Assembly (NCBI GenBank): GCA_964514965.1
Contig: CAZETV010000001.1
Coordinates: 633,063-665,062, forward strand
Length of the DNA: 32,000 nt
DNA from: Candidatus Hadarchaeota archaeon
GTDB lineage: Archaea > Hadarchaeota > Hadarchaeia > Hadarchaeales > Hadarchaeaceae
Reading direction: 5' to 3'
In this document: positions 22,402 to 31,745 of the stretch, one piece after another
Numbering within the stretch: the stretch's first letter is position 1
Layout: each line of letters starts with the position of its first letter
Position numbers and translations under genes: made by a program
Notes under the pieces: model-generated
The model's database searches: none
What the model saw: only the letters and a program-made list of their open reading frames with translations
Told to the model about the DNA's origin: nothing

Positions 22402-23277
22402 TTGATAATCATCGCCGGGTCTGCTTCATCCAAGCTCGCGGGGAGAGTTGCAAAGCAGCTAAAATGCCCACTGTTAACCCCTGAAATAAAACACTTCCCC
22501 GATGGCGAACTATATTTGCGCCTCGACAACAAACTCGAGGGGGAACATGTAGTAATTGTTCAATCAACCCACCATCCACAGAACGACAACCTCATCGAAC
22601 TCTTTTTGCTGCTCGGGGCTGCTAAGGATTTGGGAGCCCAACGTGTTACAGCCGCCGTCCCGTATCTCACATGCGCCCGGCAGGACAAGCGATTCACGCT
22701 TAGAAAAGCTACAAGCAATCATACCATCTGTAAGCTCATCGAACAAGCTGGAGCTGACGATTTCATCACCGTAGACATGCATAATAACGGAGCCATGCAG
22801 AATTTTTCAATCCCAATCTACAATCTCACTGCGATGCCCTTGCTAGGACAATATCTTGCCAAACTCAAACTTCAAGACCCAGTTATCTTAGGGGTCGACC
22901 AAGAATCACTTGAGTGCGTTCAAAGAGTGGCTGCCGAGCTGAAGGCCGACTATGATTACTTGGGAAAGCCGAAAGTGTCCCCGAAAAAACCCACCACTGA
23001 ACCAAAACATCCAGAGACCTCAAAGCGGGATGTAGTTTTGGTGGAGGACATTATCAACACTGGCGAAGCAATCATTAAGGCAACACGAATCCTTCGACGC
23101 CAGCGCGCACGCAAAATCTACGCGGTTTGTACCCATCCAGTGCTCGCTGAGAATACCCTCCAAAAGATTTTGAAGGCAGGCGCGCACGCAGTCATTGCCA
23201 CCGATACCATCGAGCACCAAACAAGTGTGGTCTCAGTTGCCCCCATCATCACAAGGGCTATCCAGCAAGGGTTTTAA
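22402..23277 (+). CDS. prs: Ribose-phosphate pyrophosphokinase (PRPP synthase)
   Basis: TTG start. Motifs: FPDGELYLRL, NDNLIELFLLLGAAKDLGA, YLTCARQDKRF, VLVEDIINTGEA. Confidence 0.9.
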   Translation: MIIIAGSASSKLAGRVAKQLKCPLLTPEIKHFPDGELYLRLDNKLEGEHVVIVQSTHHPQNDNLIELFLLLGAAKDLGAQRVTAAVPYLTCARQDKRFTLRKATSNHTICKLIEQAGADDFITVDMHNNGAMQNFSIPIYNLTAMPLLGQYLAKLKLQDPVILGVDQESLECVQRVAAELKADYDYLGKPKVSPKKPTTEPKHPETSKRDVVLVEDIINTGEAIIKATRILRRQRARKIYAVCTHPVLAENTLQKILKAGAHAVIATDTIEHQTSVVSVAPIITRAIQQGF

Positions 23278-23278
23278 C

Positions 23279-24310
23279 ATGCAAAGACTGATGTTCGTGC
23301 TCTCAGGCGAGCATCCAACATTGCCAACGGCTGAAGCAGTGGCCGCAATCAAGGCCGAGCACCGCGCCTACCGGGTGATTGAACAGCTAAACCAAGTGCT
23401 CGTCGCCGAAACCAAAGCTAGCCCGGAGGTGCTCGCCTCGCGTCTAGCGATGTGCCGCGAGATATGCTTGCACCTCTGCACTGCTCGCGCTCGTGAGAGG
23501 AACATCCTTGAATCTGTGGGAAGTTCCGACATTGTGGACCTTATCCCCCACGGAAAAAGCTTCGCGGTGCATCTGAAGCGTGTGAAGCGAAGTTCACCCG
23601 GAATCAACACACTGAAACTCGCTAAGAGTATCGCCAACACCATCGCGGAAGAGGTCGAGTTTAAAGTTGATTTAGCCCACCCTGACATCGAGTTCTTGGG
23701 AGTATTGACTGGAGAACAGTGCATACTTGGAATAACTGCCGCGAGGGTGGATCGACGCCAGTTCACGCGGCGCAGACCAACGCTCAGACCCGCATTTCAT
23801 CCCGGTACTCTCATGCCCACGTCCGCCCGCTGCATGGTCAACCTCGCCAGGACTCCTAGAGGTGGTGTGCTATTAGACCCATTTTGCGGTGTGGGCGGTA
23901 TCCTGCTCGAAGCGGGGCTGATCGGGGCGAAACTCGTTGGCATAGACATCGATCGTGAGATGATTGATGGCGCGCGAAAGAACTTGGAAGCGAGCGATGT
24001 TATCGACTTCCAGCTCATGGTCGGAGACGCCCGCAAGCTACCCGCGCTCGAGGTCGATGCCATCGCAACTGATCCCCCATTCGGTCGCCAGACTTCTACA
24101 GCCGGAGCCCAATTGAAGGAACTCTATGAACAAGCGTTGCCCTCAATAGCAGGGGTACTCCGGCGCAAGGGATACGCATGCGTTTCCTCTCCCGCTGAGC
24201 TTGAACTTGAAGAGCCAGCTATAAGCGCTGGACTTAGAACGATTGAAATACATGAACAGCGGGTACATCGGAGTTTGACTAGGAAAATTTACATATTCAG
24301 GAGGAAGTAG
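23279..24310 (+). CDS. trm11: tRNA (guanine(10)-N2)-methyltransferase, archaeal Trm11/TrmG10 (THUMP + class I MTase)
   Basis: I started it at ATG 23279, just after the prs stop; the ORF track extends it back to 23195, overlapping prs. It has an N-terminal THUMP-like region, then DPFCGVGGILLEAG, and DPPFGRQ. Confidence 0.8.
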   Translation: MQRLMFVLSGEHPTLPTAEAVAAIKAEHRAYRVIEQLNQVLVAETKASPEVLASRLAMCREICLHLCTARARERNILESVGSSDIVDLIPHGKSFAVHLKRVKRSSPGINTLKLAKSIANTIAEEVEFKVDLAHPDIEFLGVLTGEQCILGITAARVDRRQFTRRRPTLRPAFHPGTLMPTSARCMVNLARTPRGGVLLDPFCGVGGILLEAGLIGAKLVGIDIDREMIDGARKNLEASDVIDFQLMVGDARKLPALEVDAIATDPPFGRQTSTAGAQLKELYEQALPSIAGVLRRKGYACVSSPAELELEEPAISAGLRTIEIHEQRVHRSLTRKIYIFRRK

Positions 24311-24311
24311 G

Positions 24312-25223
24312 GTGAAACTCATCTTCCTAGGGAGTAGCGGAAGCATCCCAACCTCCCAGCGAGGATTGCCCGCGGTAGCCCTGCGGCACGAACGCGAACT
24401 CTTGCTCTTCGACTGCGCGGAGGGGACGCAACGCCAGATGGTTAGAGCAAAGCTCAGCCCCCTAAAGATTGACGCAATCTTCATAACCCATTTGCATGGA
24501 GATCACTTCCTTGGACTCGCCGGGCTCGTTCAGACGATGTCTTTGATGGGCCGGGACCGAAAGCTTGAAGTTTATTGCCCCTACGGTGAAGGCGAACGCA
24601 TCGAGAAATACCTCAAAATTCCACACTACACTCTCACCTTCGAAGTAACAGTGCAAGAGCTAGAGCCTGAGGAGGAAATCAAGCGCCGGGGATACCGCAT
24701 CCTAACTTCAGATGCTGAACATTCGGTGCCCTCGCTCGCCTACGCTTTCTTTGAAAACCAGCGCGCGGGCAAGTTTTATCCTGAAAAAGCAGTCGCGTTG
24801 GGTGTAAAGCCGGGACCAAATTTTTCCCGACTTAAATCCGGCGAAATCGTCAAGTTACGCGACGGGAGCGTTGTCAAGCCAGAGCAGGTGCTGGGTCCCC
24901 CCAGAGCCGCACGAAAGATTGTCTATACCGGCGACACCCGCCCATGTGATAGTATCGTCAAACTCGCGCGCGATGCTGATGTGTTAATTCACGACTGCAC
25001 GTTCGCCGACGAACTTGCGGACAAAGCGGCGGAAAACGCACACTCGACTCCAAGCGAGGCTGCGGAGGTTGCTAAACGAGCAAACGTGAAACAACTCGTG
25101 CTCCTGCATGTGAGTCCGCGCTACAAAGAGGATTCAATCCTTCTTAAACAGGCCAAACAAATTTTTCCTAACACCATCCTAGCAAGCGACCTGATGGAAC
25201 TCGATGTGAAATTTCAAGAATAG
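24312..25223 (+). CDS. rnz: Ribonuclease Z (tRNA 3' endonuclease)
   Basis: GTG start. Motifs: LGSSGSIPT..RGLPA, FDCAEGTQRQ, ITHLHGDHFLGLAGL, YTGDTRP, and a C-terminal HST..EA...A. Confidence 0.9.
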   Translation: MKLIFLGSSGSIPTSQRGLPAVALRHERELLLFDCAEGTQRQMVRAKLSPLKIDAIFITHLHGDHFLGLAGLVQTMSLMGRDRKLEVYCPYGEGERIEKYLKIPHYTLTFEVTVQELEPEEEIKRRGYRILTSDAEHSVPSLAYAFFENQRAGKFYPEKAVALGVKPGPNFSRLKSGEIVKLRDGSVVKPEQVLGPPRAARKIVYTGDTRPCDSIVKLARDADVLIHDCTFADELADKAAENAHSTPSEAAEVAKRANVKQLVLLHVSPRYKEDSILLKQAKQIFPNTILASDLMELDVKFQE

Positions 25224-25228
25224 AAGGC

Positions 25229-25253
25229 TCAGATGGAAGTTTAGCTCATCTGA
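25229..25253 (+). terminator. Hairpin (7-bp stem TCAGATG/CATCTGA, 11-nt loop) followed by T-rich tracts after rnz
   Basis: I read the inverted repeat directly. Its function as a terminator or RNA element is not established. Confidence 0.25.
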
Positions 25254-25396
25254 AGTCGCATAATCTTATTTTCGTCATCGCCCAATTTTAATCGAATTCA
25301 AGGTATTTTAATTTTCGCTTGGAGCGTTCTTGAACTAGTTTACGAATCAGAACACTTGGCAATAAAGCAAAAGTGAGTAAATTTTGGCAGGTAAAA

Positions 25397-25930
25397 TTAT
25401 CTGGTTGTTAGAATTATTTTTCCTTTTCGAACTTCTTTCATTCTCTCCAGATATCTTTTGGTATCTTCGCTCGCCCATTCCGAGACATCAATTTTTGCTA
25501 TGCTCCCATCTGATTTTTTTATTACAACTTCTTTAATGCCAGCGTTGATTATCACCCGCTTGCATCTATTGCAGGGTTTAGATTCAGTTAACGAGCCGTT
25601 CGCATTTTGCCCTAAAACGTAAAGAATTCCGCCTAGGACGTTTGCTCCGTGCCTCGCCGCATTCAAGATTGCGTTCTCTTCGGCGTGAACCCCCGGGCAT
25701 TCATCATAGCTTGAGTAGTGGGGCAAATCTAGCTCATCTTTAATACAACCAACTTCGGAGCAGTTGATCACTCCTCTTGCTGGGCCGTTATACCCAGAAC
25801 TTACCACAACATCCTCGCGAACTACGATTGCACCAAACTTTCTTCTCAGACATGGAGACCTAAGACATACGGCTTTCGCAATCTCCAAATAATATTCAGC
25901 TTTTGTTGGTCTCAGAACATCACCCACCAT
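25397..25930 (-). CDS. dCMP (deoxycytidylate) deaminase, ComEB-like
   Basis: It has the zinc-binding motifs HAEENAI and PCNRCKRVIINAGI. Confidence 0.85.
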   Translation of the reverse strand: MVGDVLRPTKAEYYLEIAKAVCLRSPCLRRKFGAIVVREDVVVSSGYNGPARGVINCSEVGCIKDELDLPHYSSYDECPGVHAEENAILNAARHGANVLGGILYVLGQNANGSLTESKPCNRCKRVIINAGIKEVVIKKSDGSIAKIDVSEWASEDTKRYLERMKEVRKGKIILTTR

Positions 25931-26063
25931 CCATTATCTACTAGATTTCAAAAACCTTTTTACGACTGGAATATAGGCTTTTCCTGTTTGAAAGTACATC
26001 TGTAACATTCTTTAATCCTTATTTCATGCCCCCTAACAAACTATGGATAGAAGGTTGGCGAAA

Positions 26064-27500
26064 TTATTTTTTGCTCTTTCTCAAGCTACCGCCCGAAGAA
26101 AGATAGCGGTCTATAGCCCTAGCAGCTTTTTTTCCATCCCCTATCGCAGAAATCACCGTCGCCGACCCACGAGTGATATCCCCTCCCGCGAATATCCCTT
26201 CTCTGCTTGTTGCACAAGTCTTTTCATCCACTGTAAAATATCCACGTTTGTTCGTTTGTACGCTAGTTGCACTTCTCGCCACGATGGGATTCGCCGTCGT
26301 CCCAATTGCACAGATAACCATATCCACTTGCATGGCAAAATTAGACCCCTCGATGGGGAGCGGTCTTCTCCGCCCGGATTCGTCAGGTTCTCCCAACCGC
26401 ATTTTAATACATTCCATTCCGGTAACGTTGCCCTTTTTATCGCCCAGAATTCTCACGGGCAGAGTAAAAAAATTGAACTTTATACCCTCTTCTTCAGCGC
26501 GAGCAATTTCTTCTGCCCTAGCTGGAGCCTCTTCCTTGGTTCTTCTGTAAACAACATGTACCTCCTTCACACCCAGCCTCAAGGCAGTCCTCGCTGCGTC
26601 CATAGCTACATTTCCTCCTCCTATGACAACCACTTTTTTACCAACCTTGATGGGTGTATCAAATTCGGGAAATTTGTAAGCCTTCATGAGATTAGAACGT
26701 GTCAGAAATTCGTTGGCAGAATATACATCATTTAAATTTTCCCCAGGAATGTACATAAACTGGGGTGCGCCAGCACCGTTCGCAAGAAATATTGCGTCAA
26801 ATTCCCCTGCTAGTTCATCGATTCTTTTTGTAAGCCCCACCACGAAATCTGTTACGATTTTCACCCCGAGATTCTTAATTTTGTCTACTTCATATCTTAC
26901 TATTTTTTTAGGCAATCTGAACTCGGGAATGCCATAAACCAAAACACCTCCCAGTTTATGGAGCGCCTCAAATATCGTTACATCATAACCCATTTTCGCT
27001 AGGTCTGCTGCACAGGTCAAACCAGCTGGTCCAGAACCCACGACCGCGACCAGTTTATTTTTCTTTTCCCTCTCCGGAAATTTCTCTTTTGCATTCTGTT
27101 TTCTCGCCCAATCGGAGACAAAACGTTCCAGCCTCCCTATTGCGATAGGCTTACTTATTTTATTGTAAACACATGTGCTCTGACACTGCTCCTCCTGCGG
27201 ACAAACCCTTCCACAAATAGTGGGGAGGCTATTTGTTTTTAATATTTCAAGATATGCGCCAACGAAATCCTCCTCAACTATCTTAAGGATAAACTGTGGG
27301 ATGTGAATTTCAGCCGGGCAACCTTCCACACATGGCGGAGGATTACACTGCAAACACTTCTGCGCTTCATAGATAGCGTCTTCTTTAGTATACCCCAGCG
27401 GCACTTCGTCAAAATTGCAAATCCTTTTTCTGGGATCTTGCTCGGGCATCGGTCGCTGAGACCTTTTCATTCGCTCAGAAGTGGGTATTAAGTCAGCCAT
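26064..27500 (-). CDS. Glutamate synthase small-chain-like NADPH oxidoreductase (NfnB/SudA-type large subunit)
   Basis: I started it at ATG 27500 (MADLIP...), 2 nt after the upstream gene's stop. It has Fe-S Cys motifs (CLQC..PPCVEGCP, CGRVCPQEEQC), the FAD/NAD folds VAVVGSGPAGL and VVVIGGGNVAMD, and GIFAGGD. Confidence 0.85.
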   Translation of the reverse strand: MADLIPTSERMKRSQRPMPEQDPRKRICNFDEVPLGYTKEDAIYEAQKCLQCNPPPCVEGCPAEIHIPQFILKIVEEDFVGAYLEILKTNSLPTICGRVCPQEEQCQSTCVYNKISKPIAIGRLERFVSDWARKQNAKEKFPEREKKNKLVAVVGSGPAGLTCAADLAKMGYDVTIFEALHKLGGVLVYGIPEFRLPKKIVRYEVDKIKNLGVKIVTDFVVGLTKRIDELAGEFDAIFLANGAGAPQFMYIPGENLNDVYSANEFLTRSNLMKAYKFPEFDTPIKVGKKVVVIGGGNVAMDAARTALRLGVKEVHVVYRRTKEEAPARAEEIARAEEEGIKFNFFTLPVRILGDKKGNVTGMECIKMRLGEPDESGRRRPLPIEGSNFAMQVDMVICAIGTTANPIVARSATSVQTNKRGYFTVDEKTCATSREGIFAGGDITRGSATVISAIGDGKKAARAIDRYLSSGGSLRKSKK

Positions 27501-28365
27501 TTTCTTTCCCACACGTTTTTCTGTAAGCTTCGAAGGAGAGTTTTTCCATCTGCTCATATCGCGCTAGTCGGTTCATGAACTCTTGCCAGTCAACCAGATG
27601 CCCATTGAACTCTGGACCATCCACACAAACAAACTTTGTCTCACCATTCACGGTAACCCTGCATGAGCCACACATGCCCGTTCCGTCAACCATGATGGCG
27701 TTCAAACTGACAATTGTTTCTATCCCATGCGGCTTAGTAACCCCACATATGGCCTTCATCATCGGAGCAGGACCAATGGCCCATACTTTTTTCACGTCCT
27801 TCTCCGTTCGCAACAATTCATCCAAAATCTCCGTTACGAAACCCTTCCTCGCGTAACTGCCGTCATCAGTGGTAACCAAGAGCTCAGTGGAAACTTTTCT
27901 CATCTCGTCCTCCATTATAATCAAATCTCTTGTTTTTGCGCCGATAATTGAAATGACTCGGTTGCCCGCTTCTTTTAGCTCCCGTGTTATGGGGTATACA
28001 CAGGCGATACCCGTTCCCCCTCCCACGGTTACCACGGTTCCATAGTTGTCGATTTTGGACGGATTACCTAGAGGTCCGACAAGCGCAAAAAATTCATCTC
28101 CCTCATTCATTTGAGAGAGCTTAGCTGTAGTCTTGCCCACTACTTGGGATACAATGCGTATCCGCCCATTTTCTCGGTTGTAGTCGGCGACGGTCACTGG
28201 GATTCGTTCTCCTTTTTCATCAATCAACAAAATTATAAACTGTCCCGGCTTGCCACTCTTTGCAATCATCGGAGCAGCGACTTCTAATGAAATAATATTC
28301 GGGGCAATTTCCATCTTAGTGATTATCTTGTACAAACCAATCCCAGTAAGTACATTTACAAACAA
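27493..28365 (-). CDS. Sulfide/dihydroorotate dehydrogenase-like FAD/NAD-binding subunit (NfnA/SudB-type small subunit)
   Basis: Motifs: PGQFIILL, IPVTVADY, VGGGTGIA, and the C-terminal 2Fe-2S motif CGSCRV...CVDGPEF. The real start is possibly TTG 28335 (YKIITKMEIAPN...). Confidence 0.85.
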   Translation of the reverse strand: MFVNVLTGIGLYKIITKMEIAPNIISLEVAAPMIAKSGKPGQFIILLIDEKGERIPVTVADYNRENGRIRIVSQVVGKTTAKLSQMNEGDEFFALVGPLGNPSKIDNYGTVVTVGGGTGIACVYPITRELKEAGNRVISIIGAKTRDLIIMEDEMRKVSTELLVTTDDGSYARKGFVTEILDELLRTEKDVKKVWAIGPAPMMKAICGVTKPHGIETIVSLNAIMVDGTGMCGSCRVTVNGETKFVCVDGPEFNGHLVDWQEFMNRLARYEQMEKLSFEAYRKTCGKENG

Positions 28366-28381
28366 GCTTTAAGTTTTTAAT

Positions 28382-28765
28382 ATGTTCCAAGTATTGCTCT
28401 GGTTGCTCCCGATTATCGACGTTTTCGCGCTCAAACGAATCTTGGCATATTACCATTCACTTGGAGTTCGAGTTCCGATAAAGCACGCGAAGCTTGGAAC
28501 GATCGAACGGTGGGTTGGATACCTGCCAGCTGGCTTCATCATCTGCTGGTTCTCGAACTTCTTGACGGCCTTAATTTTAATCCTATTGGTACTCGCTGTT
28601 ATAGGGCCCCTCGAGCTTTACCTGATGCATCTAGGTGTCAGACCTTGGAAGTTTTTAAAACAAAAGCCCCAAAAACTCGTAACGAAAATTTTTCTGCTTG
28701 AGGGCTATAATGCCATCGGATATTACTTGTTAGGAGCCCTGCTTACGCTGCTGGTCAATATCTGA
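28382..28765 (+). CDS. Hypothetical small membrane protein (3-4 TM)
   Basis: 127-aa ORF with clear hydrophobic segments. Its 3' end overlaps the convergent UPF0201 gene by 36 nt. I recognised no family. Confidence 0.4.
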   Translation: MFQVLLWLLPIIDVFALKRILAYYHSLGVRVPIKHAKLGTIERWVGYLPAGFIICWFSNFLTALILILLVLAVIGPLELYLMHLGVRPWKFLKQKPQKLVTKIFLLEGYNAIGYYLLGALLTLLVNI

Positions 28766-29155
28766 TCTCGTGAATGGGCTTTCACGTGTTTGAGGGGCGA
28801 TGTAATCAATCAAACGTTCAATGTCCGGGGCTTCCAGCGTCACGACGATGGGATCGAGTGGGGACTCGCCTCTGGTGAAGTTCACTTTCCCGACGAAAGC
28901 CACCTGCTTATTTAACATAAATTGCACCAAATTCCCTCGCTTGACTCGGAGCATCATCGAACGGGCTGAGTCACGGATGGCTTGTTCTCTCAAAAGTTGA
29001 TGCAATTGATCAAGCGACTCCGCGCGGATGGATTCCCCAACTAGTAAATCTCCATTTTGGCTGAACTCAAGAGTTGGGAATATTTTCTTTACAGCTGCTT
29101 TAACCTTCTCTTTATCTTCAGTCGGCTTTACTTCTACCTCGACCTGCAACCTCAA
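28730..29155 (-). CDS. UPF0201/COG1931 family protein (predicted RNA-binding)
   Basis: 141 aa. The VEVEVKPTEDKEKVKAAVKKIFP start is typical of this archaeal family, and it sits in the conserved pairing downstream of the UPF0200 kinase-like gene. Confidence 0.7.
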   Translation of the reverse strand: MRLQVEVEVKPTEDKEKVKAAVKKIFPTLEFSQNGDLLVGESIRAESLDQLHQLLREQAIRDSARSMMLRVKRGNLVQFMLNKQVAFVGKVNFTRGESPLDPIVVTLEAPDIERLIDYIAPQTRESPFTRSDIDQQRKQGS

Positions 29156-29718
29156 GCCTTGCCACCAACCAAGTTCTCAAAAAGTTTGACCGCACGATTA
29201 TAAAGGTCATCGAGCGTTCCTTCGTTCACGATGATGAAATCTGCAAGCGCGAACGCCTCACCCAACCCCCAGCTGAGCTCACGGCGGTCCTTCTCTCGAA
29301 ATGATTTTAATTTTATCACATCGTCGACTCTCCCTCGAGAGGCGATTCGGGAATAACGGGTTTTTTCACTCGCCCAAACCGCAAGTAAATGAAAACTGTC
29401 ACCGAAGAGGTGGCGCAACTCGTCAACCTCAGCTATGCCACGAATTCCATCAACGACGACTGCCTGCTTTCCCTTGCCCCGAGACTCAATCAACGGGATA
29501 CATCGCTTGGCAATCGCGCCTAGGCCCTCGCGCTTCCTGAACTCGTTCGCGACTGCCGCGACGGTCGATTCTTTAATCTCTTGACCACGGCACTTGATCT
29601 CATCCCAAACAATGTCGCCCATCCGAATACTCACGACATCAAATTTAGCAAGAGCCTTAGCCACTTCAGTCTTCCCTGAACCCTGAAGGCCGACGAGGGC
29701 TATTACCTCAAGAGCCAT
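29152..29718 (-). CDS. UPF0200 family P-loop nucleotide kinase-like protein (dephospho-CoA kinase/adenylate kinase-like)
   Basis: It has the P-loop GLQGSGKT, then MGDIVWDE, VVVDGIRG..EV, and DRRELSWGLGEAFALADF. Confidence 0.75.
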   Translation of the reverse strand: MALEVIALVGLQGSGKTEVAKALAKFDVVSIRMGDIVWDEIKCRGQEIKESTVAAVANEFRKREGLGAIAKRCIPLIESRGKGKQAVVVDGIRGIAEVDELRHLFGDSFHLLAVWASEKTRYSRIASRGRVDDVIKLKSFREKDRRELSWGLGEAFALADFIIVNEGTLDDLYNRAVKLFENLVGGKA

Positions 29719-29951
29719 TACAATCCTACCACGATCAACGTAGTAGTGTTGGTGACACCTGCGGTGGCCCGAATGTCGCCAAAAATAATTTTGGTCAACT
29801 TCTCAAGTGAGTCGACCTCAATTTGGGCAACTATGTCGTAAGGGCCCGCAACGGTCTCCGCCTTCTTAATCCCCTCGATGGATTTGATTTTCCGGAAAAT
29901 CTCTGACGTTTTTCCCGGTTCGGCGGAAATTAAGCTATACGCATTCACCAT
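29718..29951 (-). CDS. Stand-alone Lrp/AsnC ligand-binding (RAM) domain protein
   Basis: 77 aa. The layout AYSLISAEPGKTSEIFRKIKSIEGIKKAETVAGPYDIVAQIEVDSLEKL matches a RAM domain. GGTGGAG precedes the ATG. Confidence 0.75.
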   Translation of the reverse strand: MVNAYSLISAEPGKTSEIFRKIKSIEGIKKAETVAGPYDIVAQIEVDSLEKLTKIIFGDIRATAGVTNTTTLIVVGL

Positions 29952-30088
29952 TTCTCCACCTCACACTCATTTCGGCAACTCGCTTTAAAACCTCTCGCTT
30001 GCTATTATACCCTTATTTCAAGACCTCGCGAATGCCATGAAGTCCATTTTTGAACTCCATTTCAGCTTTAGTGCGCTCCACACAAATC

Positions 30089-30118
30089 TTTTTAAAAATA
30101 TAACGCCTTTATATATAT
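30089..30118 (+). promoter_or_regulatory. AT-rich promoter region with two TATA-like elements (TTTTAAAAATATAA and TTTATATATAT) upstream of iscS
   Basis: It lies 12-40 nt upstream of ATG 30130. Confidence 0.35.
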
Positions 30119-30129
30119 CAGGGGCGGAG

Positions 30130-31302
30130 ATGAGAGCTTACTTGGACAATGGTACAACAACTCCTGTAGCTAGAGAGATAATCGAGGCCATGCTACCGTA
30201 CCTCACCGAAAAATTTGGGCATCCGCTTTTTCTTTACTCACTCGGGCAAGAAGCTGCAGATGCCGTGGAAAGAAGCCAAAAAACTATAGCTGATACTCTG
30301 AACGCTGAGCAAAAAGAGATAACTTTTACATCAAACGCGACGGAGGCCAGCGATTTTGCCATCAGAGGTGTTGCTCACGCCAATAGAAAAAGTGACAACC
30401 ACATAATCACGACGAAGATTGAAAATCCATCAGTTTTGCGGCCATGCGAAATACTAGAAAAAGAGGGGTTCAAAGTCGATTATTTAAACGTTGACTCTCA
30501 GGGATTTGTCGATTTAAAACAACTCCAAGATCTGATAAACGAAAAAACCATTCTCGTCAGCGTGGCGCAAGTTAACGATGAGATAGGCACGATAGAACCT
30601 ATAGCAGATATAGGGAAGATGTTGCACGAGCAAAAACATAAGATATATTTCCACGTGAACGCCGCCGCCTCGTATGCAAGAGTTCCAATCGATGTGCAAA
30701 AAATGGGCATAGACCTCATGAGCCTGAGTGCCCACAAGATTCACGGCCCTAAAGGCGTTGGTGCGCTTTATGTACGAGAGGATACAAAAATCAATCCGAT
30801 GTCTTACGGCTACATCTCCATGTTTCTACTAAAACCAGGCACCGAAAATATCCCGGCAATCGTCGGTTTTGGCAAGGCGGCCGAGTTAGCGTTTACAAAT
30901 TTCAACAGCCATGTAGCGCATATGCGGAAGTTACGCGACAAGCTCATGGCCGGAATTGAGGAGCGTGTGCCCCACATCTTGCTTAACGGGCCCAGAGGGG
31001 AGAAACGCAGCCCTGCGAACGTGAACTACTCATTCAAGGGAGTAGAGGGCGAGTCGGTGTTGCTCCACTTAGATCTGAATGGGATTTCAGTCGCTACTGG
31101 CTCCGCATGTTCAACGCGAAAGCTCGAACCAAGCCATGTCCTAACCGCTATAGGAGTAGGCTCAGAAGTCGCCCACGGATCCATAAGATTCACGCTGAGC
31201 CGGTACAACACGGCCAAGGAGATTGACTACGTGCTGGGAGTAGTGCCGCGCGTTATTGAAAACCTGCGCAAGATAAGCCCAATAAAACCTGAGGAACTTT
31301 GA
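30130..31302 (+). CDS. iscS: Cysteine desulfurase (IscS/NifS family, PLP-dependent)
   Basis: I started it at ATG 30130 (MRAYLDNGTTTP). It has the PLP lysine motif SAHKIHGPKG and the catalytic Cys loop ATGSACS. It is followed by iscU. Confidence 0.9.
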   Translation: MRAYLDNGTTTPVAREIIEAMLPYLTEKFGHPLFLYSLGQEAADAVERSQKTIADTLNAEQKEITFTSNATEASDFAIRGVAHANRKSDNHIITTKIENPSVLRPCEILEKEGFKVDYLNVDSQGFVDLKQLQDLINEKTILVSVAQVNDEIGTIEPIADIGKMLHEQKHKIYFHVNAAASYARVPIDVQKMGIDLMSLSAHKIHGPKGVGALYVREDTKINPMSYGYISMFLLKPGTENIPAIVGFGKAAELAFTNFNSHVAHMRKLRDKLMAGIEERVPHILLNGPRGEKRSPANVNYSFKGVEGESVLLHLDLNGISVATGSACSTRKLEPSHVLTAIGVGSEVAHGSIRFTLSRYNTAKEIDYVLGVVPRVIENLRKISPIKPEEL

Positions 31303-31311
31303 GGTGAGCCA

Positions 31312-31716
31312 GTGCCAGTTGAATTTACAGAACGGAGCCTACTTAAGTACACCCAAAAGGTAATCGAGCTATTCAAGGACCCCAAAAATATCGGAGAGAT
31401 GGAAGACCCAACTGTGACCGCAGTCGAAGGCGATCCTAAGTGTGGCGATATGTTCAAGATGTTTTTGAAAATTAAAAACGACAAAATTGTAGACGTGAAA
31501 TTCCTTTCTTTCGGGTGCGCAGCGAACATCGCTACTGGTTCAATGACAACTGAAATGGTGAAGGGAAAAACCGTGGATGAGGCGAAGAAAATCACCATTA
31601 AGCAAATTGCGGATGCTTTAGGTGGCCTTCCCGCCTTGAAAATGCACTGCGCTGTGCTCGCGTACAAAACGCTTAAAAAGGCGTTGCAGGAGTACGAGCG
31701 GAAGCTGACAGGCTAA
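31312..31716 (+). CDS. iscU: Fe-S cluster assembly scaffold IscU/NifU-like
   Basis: GTG start. The three conserved Cys are in the contexts CGD, GCAANIA and HCAVLA. Confidence 0.9.
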   Translation: MPVEFTERSLLKYTQKVIELFKDPKNIGEMEDPTVTAVEGDPKCGDMFKMFLKIKNDKIVDVKFLSFGCAANIATGSMTTEMVKGKTVDEAKKITIKQIADALGGLPALKMHCAVLAYKTLKKALQEYERKLTG

Positions 31717-31745
31717 ACTCGGACTAATCCCAAGGGGTCGTGAAG

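Noticed and set aside
26043-26735. 230-aa plus-strand ORF
   Set aside because: It lies entirely antisense to the well-supported NfnB/GltD-like gene. Its translation is low-complexity and S/R/P/H-rich with no motifs, so it is a shadow ORF.
30037-30129. N-terminal extension of the cysteine desulfurase ORF (start at 30037 in the ORF track)
   Set aside because: The extension covers the AT-rich promoter and TATA region. Homologs begin at the MRAYLDNGTTTP-type sequence, so ATG 30130 is preferred.
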